Below are positions 10,257 to 20,227 of a stretch of DNA of 64,000 bases, one piece after another. This stretch comes from a virus (Duplodnaviria > Caudoviricetes). Below the pieces are notes generated by a model. The model ran no database searches, was not told the origin of the DNA, and saw only the letters and a program-made list of their open reading frames with translations. Every line of letters starts with the position of its first letter. Position 1 is the stretch's first letter. A program made the position numbers and the translations under genes. The DNA is taken from positions 1 through 64,000 of the IMG/VR virus record IMGVR_UViG_3300022893_000001; one strand, given 5' to 3'.

Positions 10257-10670
10257 ATGTCCTTTCAAACTGAGAAGATTCCCGGCACTCCCCTCTACAA
10301 GTCCCGCACGCCGCAAATCGCGCAGGGCAACTTACTCTTGGCCGATCTGAACGCCGGCCTCACCATCGTGGCCCCGGCGGGCCGCATCATTCAAATCACC
10401 GGCTTCATGTTCCACATGAATGGCACCTTCGCCGGCCTTACCGATCTGCGCCTGCAGACCACAGAGACGCCGACGCCCACGCCGCTTGTCACCATCGTCG
10501 CCGCCCAGATGGGCGATACGCTGATCCACACCGATTCGCTCGGTACGCATGTGCTGGCCCCGGCCTACTGGCTTCCCATTAAATCCGGCCTCCAGATCGT
10601 CAAGACCGGCGCGCCAGCGACCGGCGGCACCTCGGTCGACTACGCCATTCACTACGTCTTCGAGGGCTAA
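10257..10670 (+). CDS. Small beta-rich structural protein
   Basis: RBS GGAGA; beta-strand pattern; virion module. Confidence 0.6.
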   Translation: MSFQTEKIPGTPLYKSRTPQIAQGNLLLADLNAGLTIVAPAGRIIQITGFMFHMNGTFAGLTDLRLQTTETPTPTPLVTIVAAQMGDTLIHTDSLGTHVLAPAYWLPIKSGLQIVKTGAPATGGTSVDYAIHYVFEG

Positions 10671-10673
10671 CCC

Positions 10674-12575
10674 TTGAGCCTGGCTGAACTCAAGCAACGA
10701 GTGGTAGCCGATCTGCGCGGCTCCTGGACACGGGCCCGTACGGAGCCCAACGGGAGCCGCGCGCAAAATACGTATCTGACCAACCGGGCGTCGCGCGCCG
10801 AGAACGTCCGGTATGATGCCGGGCGAGTCATTGGCCGCGACGGGTTCATCGCCGGCAACGCCGCCACCGGCAAGATGACGACCATGTACCAGTGGCTCGC
10901 CTACGACGGCTACGCGGCGAACATCATCGTGACGTTCGAGAATGGCGCGATCCGGATTCGCGACCTGGTCTTCCAGAACCAGATGACGTGCGAGGTGATT
11001 GCAGGCGGCTACGGCATCACCGTTGTCGAAGCCGGGACGCGCGTCTACATTTCCGTCTTTGCGCAGAACTTCACAGGCGCGACCGAAATGCGCGTGCTGT
11101 TCCCGATCCTATCGGGCGATAACATCGACAACGCCTTCATGGGGCCGATGACCGTGAACCCCACGGTGTCCGAGCCCTACGAGGGATTCGTCACGGCGGG
11201 CCAGCACAAGTTCGGCTACATCGTCACTTCGCGCAGCGGCGCGCAACTCAAGCCCTCGCCCTACATGTCGGCGATCTTCAACCCGCTGTTGTTCACCACC
11301 ACCGGCAACATGACGGCGCGCGTCCAGGTCAGTGCCGTGTGGCCGCAGGACGCTGCCTTTGTGAGCGCGGTGATGAACACCGTCGAACTCCCCGAGAAGT
11401 TCTTCATCGTGCCGGGCACCGAGCTCGCGGTCATCCCCGGCCAGCAGTACACCGTCCAACTGGACTGCTCGATCACCGACGAAGTGCTCCTGGCGACCGG
11501 CACCGAGATCCTGGGCAACTTCGATTACTTTTCGCAGATGGGCGGCGTGGGGCCGCTGAAACCGTTTAACCTGGCGATGCTCGGCCGGCGGCTGTGCCTC
11601 TTTACGGGCGATAACGTGTATCTCTCGGACCAAGATGATTTCGAGCGCATCACGCCAGACCAGCACATGCTGCAAGTACCCGGCCAGCGGTGGATGGTAA
11701 CCGGCGCGCAGATCAGGGGAGTCAATTACTTTTTCGGGCCGAAATGGACGTATGGGGCGGTCGACAACGAGGACGTTCCGGTCCTGTGGTCTGCGCCCTA
11801 TGTCATCTCGCAAACGCTGGGCACGACGGCGATCCACGGCGTCTGCGTGACAACCAAAGGTGACATGTGCTGGGTGGCGAACGAGCAGGGGCTGTATGAC
11901 TTCGAGGGCTCCTACAAAGACGTGCCAGTCTCTGACATGAATTCTCCGGAGTGGTTCCGCATCAACTGGGTGGCGGCACCCACCACGCTCTGGATTGTCG
12001 ATGACACGATTGAACAGCGCGTGATGGTCTTTGCCCCGCTCGACGGAGCGACCGACAACTCGCACCGCCTGACCTGGTCCTATGCGCGCGGGCGCGGTTC
12101 GACCGATGTCGACTTCTCGCTCGATCCGCTCCCGGCTTCCTCGGCGGCGATGGTGCGCGAGCAGTTCACCCAGCGCCAGCGGCTGTGGCAGGGACCGCCG
12201 GCCGCAGCGCCGATCCTTGTCGAAGAGCGATCCGCGCTCGCCGATAACGGCGTGGCATTCATTCCGATCTGGGAATCGGGCGAAGTCTTCAAGCGGCGGC
12301 GCGAAGCCTCTTCCATCGACATGAAGGTTCATGCCGTGGAGGTAAAAGCCAAGGGTTTTGGGATTCTCCGCTCGCGCGTCTACGAAGCCGGGCGCGGCGT
12401 CTATGAGGATCTGGCGACCGAGACGCTCCGGGAGCTCCCGCGCGACGCGATTGAAATGGGCTGCGACGTCATGAGCCACGACGTCACCGTCGAATTCAAA
12501 ACCAACCAGGCGGGCGAGCGCATGGACATCTCGGACTTCACGGTTTTTCACGTTCCCTGGATCACCAACCGTTAG
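10674..12575 (+). CDS. Tail nozzle / head-closure (beta-propeller-like) protein
   Basis: 633 aa beta-rich, follows adaptor, size and layout like P22 gp10-class stabilisation proteins. Confidence 0.6.
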   Translation: MSLAELKQRVVADLRGSWTRARTEPNGSRAQNTYLTNRASRAENVRYDAGRVIGRDGFIAGNAATGKMTTMYQWLAYDGYAANIIVTFENGAIRIRDLVFQNQMTCEVIAGGYGITVVEAGTRVYISVFAQNFTGATEMRVLFPILSGDNIDNAFMGPMTVNPTVSEPYEGFVTAGQHKFGYIVTSRSGAQLKPSPYMSAIFNPLLFTTTGNMTARVQVSAVWPQDAAFVSAVMNTVELPEKFFIVPGTELAVIPGQQYTVQLDCSITDEVLLATGTEILGNFDYFSQMGGVGPLKPFNLAMLGRRLCLFTGDNVYLSDQDDFERITPDQHMLQVPGQRWMVTGAQIRGVNYFFGPKWTYGAVDNEDVPVLWSAPYVISQTLGTTAIHGVCVTTKGDMCWVANEQGLYDFEGSYKDVPVSDMNSPEWFRINWVAAPTTLWIVDDTIEQRVMVFAPLDGATDNSHRLTWSYARGRGSTDVDFSLDPLPASSAAMVREQFTQRQRLWQGPPAAAPILVEERSALADNGVAFIPIWESGEVFKRRREASSIDMKVHAVEVKAKGFGILRSRVYEAGRGVYEDLATETLRELPRDAIEMGCDVMSHDVTVEFKTNQAGERMDISDFTVFHVPWITNR

Positions 12576-12587
12576 ATAATTGCGTGC

Positions 12588-12830
12588 ATGGATCTGTTGC
12601 TAGTAAAGCCGATACGGCCCCTCGCCAATAGCATCCGCGAATCCGCGGGCCCGCCGCTGCCCAAGCTCATCGCCGAGGCGTTCGATTTGATCGACCTCAA
12701 CCAGAACGAGATTCGCTCGGCGGTGCGCGCCTTGCAGAGCGCCCCGGCCCCCGTGGAAGGAGAGGCTCCTCCGCCCGTTGAGCCGCCGCCGGTCACCGGC
12801 CTGATCCGCGTGAGTTACGAATCACTCTAA
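12588..12830 (+). CDS. Hypothetical protein
   Basis: TAATG overlap with fibre gene; Pro-rich C-terminus. Confidence 0.6.
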   Translation: MDLLLVKPIRPLANSIRESAGPPLPKLIAEAFDLIDLNQNEIRSAVRALQSAPAPVEGEAPPPVEPPPVTGLIRVSYESL

Positions 12831-15800
12831 TGCCAGGCGAAGTTTTCTACGAAGATTCAGTTGACCGATCGCTCAACTCCAAACTGGGCGAGCGGTTCAG
12901 CGTGCTCGACATTTCGCCCATCGCGGGCAAGGGCGTCGACAACGAGTCCCCGGTGTTCGCCGAAGCCTACGACGACAAGATCAAGAAAGGCGGCGGGGCG
13001 ATCTACGTGCCAGGCGCGGTGGGGCCCGGCTACAAACTCACGACGCCTCTCGAGCTCGCCGGCACCGTGCCCATCGAGTTCATTGGAGAGGGCCGCGCCT
13101 CGCGCATCTATCGCGGCGCAGACATGCCGGCGGGCAAGGGCATGATCGACCTCAATGGTGCGCGCAAGGTCACCTTCCGGCATCTGTCCTTCGACGGCGA
13201 AGTGCTCACCTCGGCGCAACTTCTCTATTCGGAATTCGGGAGCGACCCCGCGCATCCGCTGCTCACCACCAACTCGACGTTCTGGCTGAAGGGCTGCGAG
13301 GACATCACCTTTGAGGATTGCGACTTCGAACACACGGGCGGCTATGCGGCGTACATCGACGCGCGCTCACTCGACTGCCGGCGCATTCGCTTCGTGCGGT
13401 GCAGGTTCCGGAACAACCGCCCGCACACGTTCGGCACGGCAGCGGCTGACATGATGGACCCGCTGCGGCGCGTGCGGGGCGTCAAGATCGACTGGGAGCG
13501 TCACTTCCCAGACCTCCTCGCCGGAAGCGCCTCGGTCTACGGCTCGTGGACCGGCGGCATTTTCTATCACAACCAGGCGACCGGCGGCTCCTCGCGTGTG
13601 CAGGATCTATCGGTCAACAACTGCCGGTTCGAGCGCAATACCGGCAACTGCGTCTGGGGCCACGGCTACGGCTTCACGGCGTTCCATCAGCGCATCCACG
13701 TCGACTACAACACCTTCTTAGACTGCGGGCTCGACGGCATCTTGTTCGGCAATGTGGTGGGCGGCTCGGCGATTGGCAACAGTATGCGGCGGATCGGCTA
13801 CGTCTGCTCGGACGATGCCGGGCCCAGTGTCCCGCGCTGGCTCCCGAATCTCAACGCGACGGGGATCGACACCTCGGGCGTGGTCAAGCTGGTCACCTAC
13901 GCCAACAACAATTTCTTGAATGTGAACGGCGGGGCGATCAACGGCGATGGCTTCGCCTACGGGACCATCACGGGGAACACGATCCGCGTCTCACGGCCGG
14001 GCGAGCCCGAATACTCCGAGGACTTCATTGGTTCGAGCTTCGGGCCCGGCGGCAACGGAGCGAACTGGTCCCAAGGCGTGGTGACCGGCAACACGTCCGA
14101 CAAAGAAGGCGGGCTCGGCATCACGATCTCGGGCAACTTTTGTGACAACCTGGGCGGCACCGCGATTGGACTCTTCGCCGCGCGCAACTGCCAGGCGTCT
14201 GCGAACACGATCATCGTGCCCAATGCGGCGAACCAACAGCCCATCACTATCGGCGGCATCCTGACTGGGGCAAACCAGATGGCGACGGGCAACATCGTCA
14301 CCGAGAACCGGATTCAATTCGCGCCGGCCTCGATAGCGCCCGCGATCTTCGAAGATCCGACCTATCGCGTGTTCACTGCCTCTGATGTCAACAACGTCAT
14401 CAAGAACTACTGCACGGGCGCGAACGTCTTCGAGTTCCAGCGCGATCCCAACTCGCTTTCGACAACGGCGCTGTTCTTCACGACCTCCAGTGTGGCGACC
14501 TGGCAGTCGCGTCACGGCATCATGCGCGAAGGCACCGCTGCCGGCTCGGCGCTGCGGTTCTATGCGCAGGACGCTGATGCATTCGGTTGGCTGCACATGC
14601 AGCTTCAGATGTACTGGGCAGTCGGACAGCGCGGGCCGCTGCTCAATGTCTCCGAGTGGGGCCCCTCCGTTTCGGGCGAGGGCGGCGTAATCACCACCGG
14701 CAACGTAACCTCGATGCCGTACGCGAATGCGATGGCGACGTCGAAGCTCTCGGCGTCAGGGTTCCTGGCAATGGGCGATGCGACGTACTGGGAGGTCGAT
14801 GCCAACAAGCTCGGATCCGACTGGGCCCTGCTGCGCTGGGACGGGCTGCTCGGCAAGTGGCAGCAGTCGATCTCGACGACCGGCCCGCTGCCGGGCGGCG
14901 TCAGGATCTGGACCGACTTTGCCGGGAGTTCCAGCGGAGCTACCCATCCCGGCGAGCCGGATCAATCGGTGCAGTTCAACGACGGCGGCATATTCGGCGG
15001 CGACGCCTACTTCTCTTATGCCAAGGTCACACACCAGTTGACGCTGTTCAGCTTCGCCTACAACGGCATCACGATGGTCAACGGCGGTTTCCTCGGCGAG
15101 AACGTCAACGTCCGGAAGTACCTCTCGTTTGTGCCGAAGGCCAGTCTCAGTCCCGCAGGCGCGGATAGTTTCACCGGCAATGCTCTGCTCTATGCCGATA
15201 GCCCGTCAGGCCGGCTGCGCCTGGTCCGGGGCCTCACCTTCGACACCTACGAGGACTACGACTTCCAGTCGCGGAACTACTTCGCCAGCGGCACGGCGAA
15301 CAACGCGATCCAGGCAGCGTCTGGTGGCGTCACCGCGCTCACCGCGAACTTCACGCACTCCGACCGCTTCACCGTGAATGTGCCGAACGGCGGCGTGAAT
15401 GCGAAGTGGCTCATCGCGAACGATTTTCTGGTGTTCATGCAGAAACCCACGGCGGCGGTATCCGCGCTGGGCGAGGTGCGGCTCTACGCCGATACCGACA
15501 ATCTGATGTACATCTCAACGAACGGGCAACCCTATGGGCCCTTCATGAACTCCAGCCCTGGCGATCCAGAGGGTAGTGTTCAGTACAACCGTGGGGGCAG
15601 GTTTGCCGGGAACGCCAACCTCTTCTGGGACGAGGGAGTCAACCGACTGTACGTCACTTGCGCGTCGACGCTTCCGGCGATCAACGTCGACGGCGGCTGG
15701 ATCCAATCCGCGGGCGGGTATCAAACCGTTAGCGCCGGGCTCGCGGTTCAGGCTCTGAGCGGCGTAATTATCGGCCGGTACCTGGCGACCAACGAGTCAC

Positions 15801-17455
15801 TCCTCTTCAAAGGACTGGCGACGGCTCCCGGTTTGTCTGATGCTTCGGGCGGTCCTCAAGTGCGGCTCTATGCCAGTTCAGGCGGCGTGATGTACATCTC
15901 GTCGAATGGCGCGGCGTGGGGACCGCTGAACAGCGGCACTCCGCCTGGCGGCGCGAGCGGCCAGATCCAGTACAACAAAAACGGAGCCTTCTTTGCGGAC
16001 CCTTATCTGACCTGGAATTTCGACGCCCTCGTCCTGACCCAGTATGGTTATTTCCAGACCAATTCGGTGAACAACAACGTCCACTGGGTGATGAATCGCA
16101 CCTTTGCCCCGAACGCCACGGTCTACTACGTGGGGATCGACGAGTCGGCGCGCTACTTTGTCCAGGCAGCTTCCATTGGTCCCGTGCTGCTCTACCTGAC
16201 TCCAAGCGCCACGGCCACTTCATGTGTTCTGTCTACTCCGGGGACGGTGCAGGCGAATTTTGTAAATGCGCTCGGCTCAAGCTCGGCCACGATTCAAGCG
16301 GCCTCCGGTGGCGTGACCGCGCGTTGGATCTGCCCGAATGAATCGCTGATCTTCCTGGGAATAGCCCAGCCGGCCCTCTCGACCAGCGGGCAGGTGCGGA
16401 TGTACGCCTCGACGGGCGGCGTATTGTATGTCTCCGCGAATGGCGCGGCCTACGGTCCAATCGGCGGCTCGACGCCCCCGGCCGGCGCAGCCAATTATGT
16501 GCAGTACAACGGCAGCGGAGTCTTCGCCGCCAATGCTAGTTTCCAATGGGTTCCCTCCCAGGAGTGCCTGTACCTCTACAACAATCTCGCCTATTATGCC
16601 CTGCGCATGATCCGTCAGTCGGCTTCGGCTTCGGATTACGGCTGGGCGGTCATTGGGGACGGCAGTTGGATCATGGACGACAATACCCGTGGCATCAGGG
16701 TATTCACTTACACCGCCAACGCTACGGCTTCCTTGTCTCTGTTCAATCTGAATTACGGGTACTTTCAGTCAGGGGCCGGCTTTGTGACCGGCAGCGCCAG
16801 CACCTCGGCCGTCAACGCGAGCAGCGGCGGCGTGTATGCCAAGTGGCTCATCACCAATGACTCGCTCATGTTCATTCAGAGCAACGAACCGGCCCGCTCG
16901 GCGGGCGGTCAGGTCAGGATTTACGCCAATTACAACGGCCAGTTATACATCTCGACAGCCGGCCAGCCCTACGGCCCGTTCGGTGTCCCCGGGATCACCT
17001 CGACTACCCAGCCCCAGTGGACCGGCACCAACACCGGCTACAACTACACGTTCAACAACGCGAACAACTATTTCATCGTGAACGGAAACGGCGACGTCTC
17101 GGCCAACGGAGTCATGACTGCCAACGGCGGCGTCGTTTCCAACAGCCAGCAGACAAATGCGGTCCAGTCTGCGGGCGGGTTTAATGCTGGATACAACAGT
17201 GGAGCCAACGGCGTCTATCAGATCGCCGGCGGCACCGTGATCAATAACCAGCGCCAGTTTGTTGGCTACGGCGGGATCAATACCACCGGCCACATGATCG
17301 CGAGCGGCAATTGCGTCGCGGCTTCGTATCAGATCACGGGCGGGTATTATGGGCAGGACTATACCCTTGAAATCACCGCCGGGCAGTTGAAGCTCAACGG
17401 CCAGCCGAAGAACTACATGTACTTCAAGGGCGGCATTATTTGGCAAGTAACTTAG
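12830..17455 (+). CDS. Tail fibre/spike: N-terminal pectate-lyase-like beta-helix plus four repeated modules
   Basis: GxxIYVPG...YKL start and N/G-rich beta-helix rungs; four copies of ASSGGV..W...N..L.F...QVR.YA....Y.S.NG..YGP at about 15297, 15733, 16279, 16797. Confidence 0.8.
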   Translation: MPGEVFYEDSVDRSLNSKLGERFSVLDISPIAGKGVDNESPVFAEAYDDKIKKGGGAIYVPGAVGPGYKLTTPLELAGTVPIEFIGEGRASRIYRGADMPAGKGMIDLNGARKVTFRHLSFDGEVLTSAQLLYSEFGSDPAHPLLTTNSTFWLKGCEDITFEDCDFEHTGGYAAYIDARSLDCRRIRFVRCRFRNNRPHTFGTAAADMMDPLRRVRGVKIDWERHFPDLLAGSASVYGSWTGGIFYHNQATGGSSRVQDLSVNNCRFERNTGNCVWGHGYGFTAFHQRIHVDYNTFLDCGLDGILFGNVVGGSAIGNSMRRIGYVCSDDAGPSVPRWLPNLNATGIDTSGVVKLVTYANNNFLNVNGGAINGDGFAYGTITGNTIRVSRPGEPEYSEDFIGSSFGPGGNGANWSQGVVTGNTSDKEGGLGITISGNFCDNLGGTAIGLFAARNCQASANTIIVPNAANQQPITIGGILTGANQMATGNIVTENRIQFAPASIAPAIFEDPTYRVFTASDVNNVIKNYCTGANVFEFQRDPNSLSTTALFFTTSSVATWQSRHGIMREGTAAGSALRFYAQDADAFGWLHMQLQMYWAVGQRGPLLNVSEWGPSVSGEGGVITTGNVTSMPYANAMATSKLSASGFLAMGDATYWEVDANKLGSDWALLRWDGLLGKWQQSISTTGPLPGGVRIWTDFAGSSSGATHPGEPDQSVQFNDGGIFGGDAYFSYAKVTHQLTLFSFAYNGITMVNGGFLGENVNVRKYLSFVPKASLSPAGADSFTGNALLYADSPSGRLRLVRGLTFDTYEDYDFQSRNYFASGTANNAIQAASGGVTALTANFTHSDRFTVNVPNGGVNAKWLIANDFLVFMQKPTAAVSALGEVRLYADTDNLMYISTNGQPYGPFMNSSPGDPEGSVQYNRGGRFAGNANLFWDEGVNRLYVTCASTLPAINVDGGWIQSAGGYQTVSAGLAVQALSGVIIGRYLATNESLLFKGLATAPGLSDASGGPQVRLYASSGGVMYISSNGAAWGPLNSGTPPGGASGQIQYNKNGAFFADPYLTWNFDALVLTQYGYFQTNSVNNNVHWVMNRTFAPNATVYYVGIDESARYFVQAASIGPVLLYLTPSATATSCVLSTPGTVQANFVNALGSSSATIQAASGGVTARWICPNESLIFLGIAQPALSTSGQVRMYASTGGVLYVSANGAAYGPIGGSTPPAGAANYVQYNGSGVFAANASFQWVPSQECLYLYNNLAYYALRMIRQSASASDYGWAVIGDGSWIMDDNTRGIRVFTYTANATASLSLFNLNYGYFQSGAGFVTGSASTSAVNASSGGVYAKWLITNDSLMFIQSNEPARSAGGQVRIYANYNGQLYISTAGQPYGPFGVPGITSTTQPQWTGTNTGYNYTFNNANNYFIVNGNGDVSANGVMTANGGVVSNSQQTNAVQSAGGFNAGYNSGANGVYQIAGGTVINNQRQFVGYGGINTTGHMIASGNCVAASYQITGGYYGQDYTLEITAGQLKLNGQPKNYMYFKGGIIWQVT

Positions 17456-17463
17456 GAGAACTT

Positions 17464-17874
17464 ATGCAAATTTCAATCCCGATGCGCCCCAGGCTGTATC
17501 TGCTCGCGCTGATCGGTCAGGAGTCGGGCGGCTTAGAAGATGAGAAGCGCATGATCGCGACCGAATTGCTGTACAAGATCGAAGTGCCTTCAGACGAGAT
17601 CGGCCTCTATGAGACGCCTATGCCGCAGGGCGGCGCGTACCTGCACCTCGACCGGATCGCCCAGGCTCCGGACCTCCCGGTGGATCTCACCGCCGCCGAG
17701 CTCCGCCGCGCGCAGTCGCTGTTCGCGGAGTGGAAGAACTACCGCCCCGGCGACGACCGCTTCGTTCGCCCGTTCCTCAAGACGATCCGCGAGGCGCTTG
17801 AGGCCGGCGATTCCGTGAGCGCGCCTCCGCCGGTTGCCGCTATCGCCAAGAGAAAGTCCGCAAACGGTCTATAA
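17464..17874 (+). CDS. Putative fibre assembly chaperone
   Basis: RBS AGGAG before ATG 17464; follows fibre; similar to 39259-39609. Confidence 0.55.
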   Translation: MQISIPMRPRLYLLALIGQESGGLEDEKRMIATELLYKIEVPSDEIGLYETPMPQGGAYLHLDRIAQAPDLPVDLTAAELRRAQSLFAEWKNYRPGDDRFVRPFLKTIREALEAGDSVSAPPPVAAIAKRKSANGL

Positions 17875-17899
17875 GACCCATCAACAGAAAGAAGGAACC

Positions 17900-18388
17900 A
17901 TGAAGACCCCCGTCAAAGCCCCCCCCCGATCCGCTCCCACCTCGATAGATCCCTCGAAGATCCTGGTCAGAGCGATGAAGGGCTACCTCTACAGCCCATT
18001 CACCAAGCGACTCTATTACACCTATAACCGGCAGGAAGTTGGGCCTTCGGAATATGAACGGCCCTGGTCAGTCAACCCAAACTATGGCTTCGAAACACCC
18101 ATTTATCCGCTCAACCCAGTCGACTACCCAACTGCCGAAACCGCCAATACCATCCTTGAATGGGCCAGGGCGCAGTGGCCTTCGAGCGGTCTGATCTTCG
18201 ATATCTACGTCCCCACGCCGGAAGGTCACGTCACGCAACTGCAGTACTGGTTGGTGGTCACCAACGGGCAAGACCTGTATGAGATTTACAGCGCCGGCTG
18301 GTGGGCATTTGATCTCGACAAGGACGGCCAGCAAGCCGCCTACGAGCAGCGCACCGCCGAACTGCGCGATGCGGGATTCTCCGTCTAG
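17900..18388 (+). CDS. Hypothetical protein
   Basis: RBS GAAGGA before ATG 17900; W/Y/P-rich globular sequence. Confidence 0.7.
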   Translation: MKTPVKAPPRSAPTSIDPSKILVRAMKGYLYSPFTKRLYYTYNRQEVGPSEYERPWSVNPNYGFETPIYPLNPVDYPTAETANTILEWARAQWPSSGLIFDIYVPTPEGHVTQLQYWLVVTNGQDLYEIYSAGWWAFDLDKDGQQAAYEQRTAELRDAGFSV

Positions 18389-18405
18389 CAGTAGACTTGG
18401 TGCAA

Positions 18406-18478
18406 CTCGCTTGGCCCGTCAACTGGGCTAATCTCCGCAGGCCAGCGAGGCAGGGCGGTCGAACCGATGCGGCCGCCC
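18406..18478 (+). other. Two-hairpin structured intergenic region
   Basis: CTCGC-T-TGGCC (18406-18416) / GGCCAGCGAG (18440-18449); GGGCGGTCG (18453-18461) / CGGCCGCCC (18470-18478). Confidence 0.45.
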
Positions 18479-18497
18479 CGTAAAGAAAGGAGCCCGT

Positions 18498-18686
18498 ATG
18501 CCAATTATTCAAGTCATGGTGGTCATCATCGTGGTCGGCGTGCTGCTGTACTTCGCCAACCTGTACATCCCGATGGCAACGCCGATTAAGCAAATCCTCA
18601 ACATCGTTGTCATCCTCTTTTTGGTCCTGTGGCTGCTCTCAGTCTTTGGTCTGCTGCCTGGCGGCACGGTTCCTCGGCTCCGGTGA
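18498..18686 (+). CDS. Two-TM small membrane protein (Thivi_2564-like family; possible holin)
   Basis: RBS AAGGAG; two hydrophobic helices linked by YIPM..PIK.ILN. Confidence 0.75.
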   Translation: MPIIQVMVVIIVVGVLLYFANLYIPMATPIKQILNIVVILFLVLWLLSVFGLLPGGTVPRLR

Positions 18687-18729
18687 CAAATCGCGGTGGT
18701 AATGTTTAACGAAGAGGAATCGCCCCATC

Positions 18730-20223
18730 ATGGCAAAGTCTGACGACTACGCTGCTCAGGATCGACAGTTCGCCCAGCGCGGGGACCGATACCAGGAGGA
18801 AGCGCGGCAACGCGCCTACAACCAACAGCAACGGCGCGGCTGGGCGCAGGACTACCAAGCCGAGCAGTACGATCCGATGCTCGCGGGCCAGGGCGGTTAC
18901 AACCCGCAAGAAGCCGCCGACATCCGGGGCGACTATAGCGGCATTCCCACTACGCCCGAGGAGTTCCAAAGCAACTACCGCACGCAGCAAGAGCAGAACG
19001 ATGCGGTGGGGAACCCGTGGGAACGCGCAGCGTACTTCAATCCCGAAGGCATGGAGGCGGCGGGCCAGAGCGATAGTGATCGCGTGCGGGGCTCGATGGG
19101 CAGCTACCGGAGCGATATGCAGGGCGCGATGGACCCGTACGCCGCGAGTATGGAAGCGGCCATCGCAGACCAGCAGGGCCAGTCGATTGATCCCAGGTAC
19201 AAGGCGATGCAGGACGCCACGATTGCCCAAACTGGTTCTGACCGGCGGGCCGCTGTCGATCCATCCCTCCTGCGTGCCGATAAGGCGGCTCTCGACACGA
19301 TCCGCATGAGCCCCGAGGAGTATCAGCAAACGCTCGACGCCGCGGGGAACACGGTTGGGGAAAGCTATCGCGCGGCGGCGGATGACGTCGCTCGCCGCAC
19401 GAGGGCCGCTGGGGCGAGCGCGCTGGGAATGGGTGCGGCGCGCGAGCGGCTCGAAAGAGCCTCGGCGGTCGACCGGGGCGATGCGATGCTCAACGCGAAG
19501 GTTGCGGCCGGCGCGGCGCGCGCGGGACGTGCCGGAACCGCCGAAGACTTCCGGTTGCGCGGCGAAGAGGGCACCTCCGACCGCATGGGACGCGCGGCGA
19601 TGGAAGCGGGCGACTTCGAATTCAAAGGCAGATTTGGGATGGAAGACCAGCGCCTGGCGGCGGAGCGCGCCAAGCAGGGGACCAAACTCCAGGTTGCCAG
19701 CGAACTGGGCAAGGCGCGTCTTGCCAGTGCCAGCGAACTGGGCCGGGCGGGGATCGGCGTCGAAGAGGGCGCGGCGCAACGCGGGCAACAGCAACGGCAG
19801 TACAACGCCACCACCGGCACCGAGATGGCGACCGGGATCGAGCGCGACACCACGGCGCGCAAACTTGGGAACACGGTCGACCGCCAGGCGGTCAACCAAG
19901 CCAACCAGGCCACCCGTTACGGCCAGGGGATGGGTATCCAGCAAGCCAAGACCGCTGGAGCGCAGAGAGTGGCGGATAAGCGGATCGACGCGCAGTATCG
20001 GGGACAGGATTACCTCGACCGCACGCAGCAGCAAGCCGCCGCCGAGCAAGGGCAAGAGTACGACCGGGGACAGAACGCTTGGCAGACGCAGGGCGGCATG
20101 ATGCAGAACACCACCAATTCGCAGATCCAGCGCGACGCACAGCCCAAGCCTTGGGAGAAGGCGCTCGGTATGGTGATCGGCGGTGCAAAGGCCGCTTCCG
20201 GATTCAAGGCACTGGGAGGTTAA
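18730..20223 (+). CDS. Helical ejection/internal virion protein
   Basis: A/Q/R/G-rich all-helical sequence ending in a GG/A-rich hydrophobic tip; sits before the giant gene. Confidence 0.6.
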   Translation: MAKSDDYAAQDRQFAQRGDRYQEEARQRAYNQQQRRGWAQDYQAEQYDPMLAGQGGYNPQEAADIRGDYSGIPTTPEEFQSNYRTQQEQNDAVGNPWERAAYFNPEGMEAAGQSDSDRVRGSMGSYRSDMQGAMDPYAASMEAAIADQQGQSIDPRYKAMQDATIAQTGSDRRAAVDPSLLRADKAALDTIRMSPEEYQQTLDAAGNTVGESYRAAADDVARRTRAAGASALGMGAARERLERASAVDRGDAMLNAKVAAGAARAGRAGTAEDFRLRGEEGTSDRMGRAAMEAGDFEFKGRFGMEDQRLAAERAKQGTKLQVASELGKARLASASELGRAGIGVEEGAAQRGQQQRQYNATTGTEMATGIERDTTARKLGNTVDRQAVNQANQATRYGQGMGIQQAKTAGAQRVADKRIDAQYRGQDYLDRTQQQAAAEQGQEYDRGQNAWQTQGGMMQNTTNSQIQRDAQPKPWEKALGMVIGGAKAASGFKALGG

Positions 20224-20227
20224 TTCG

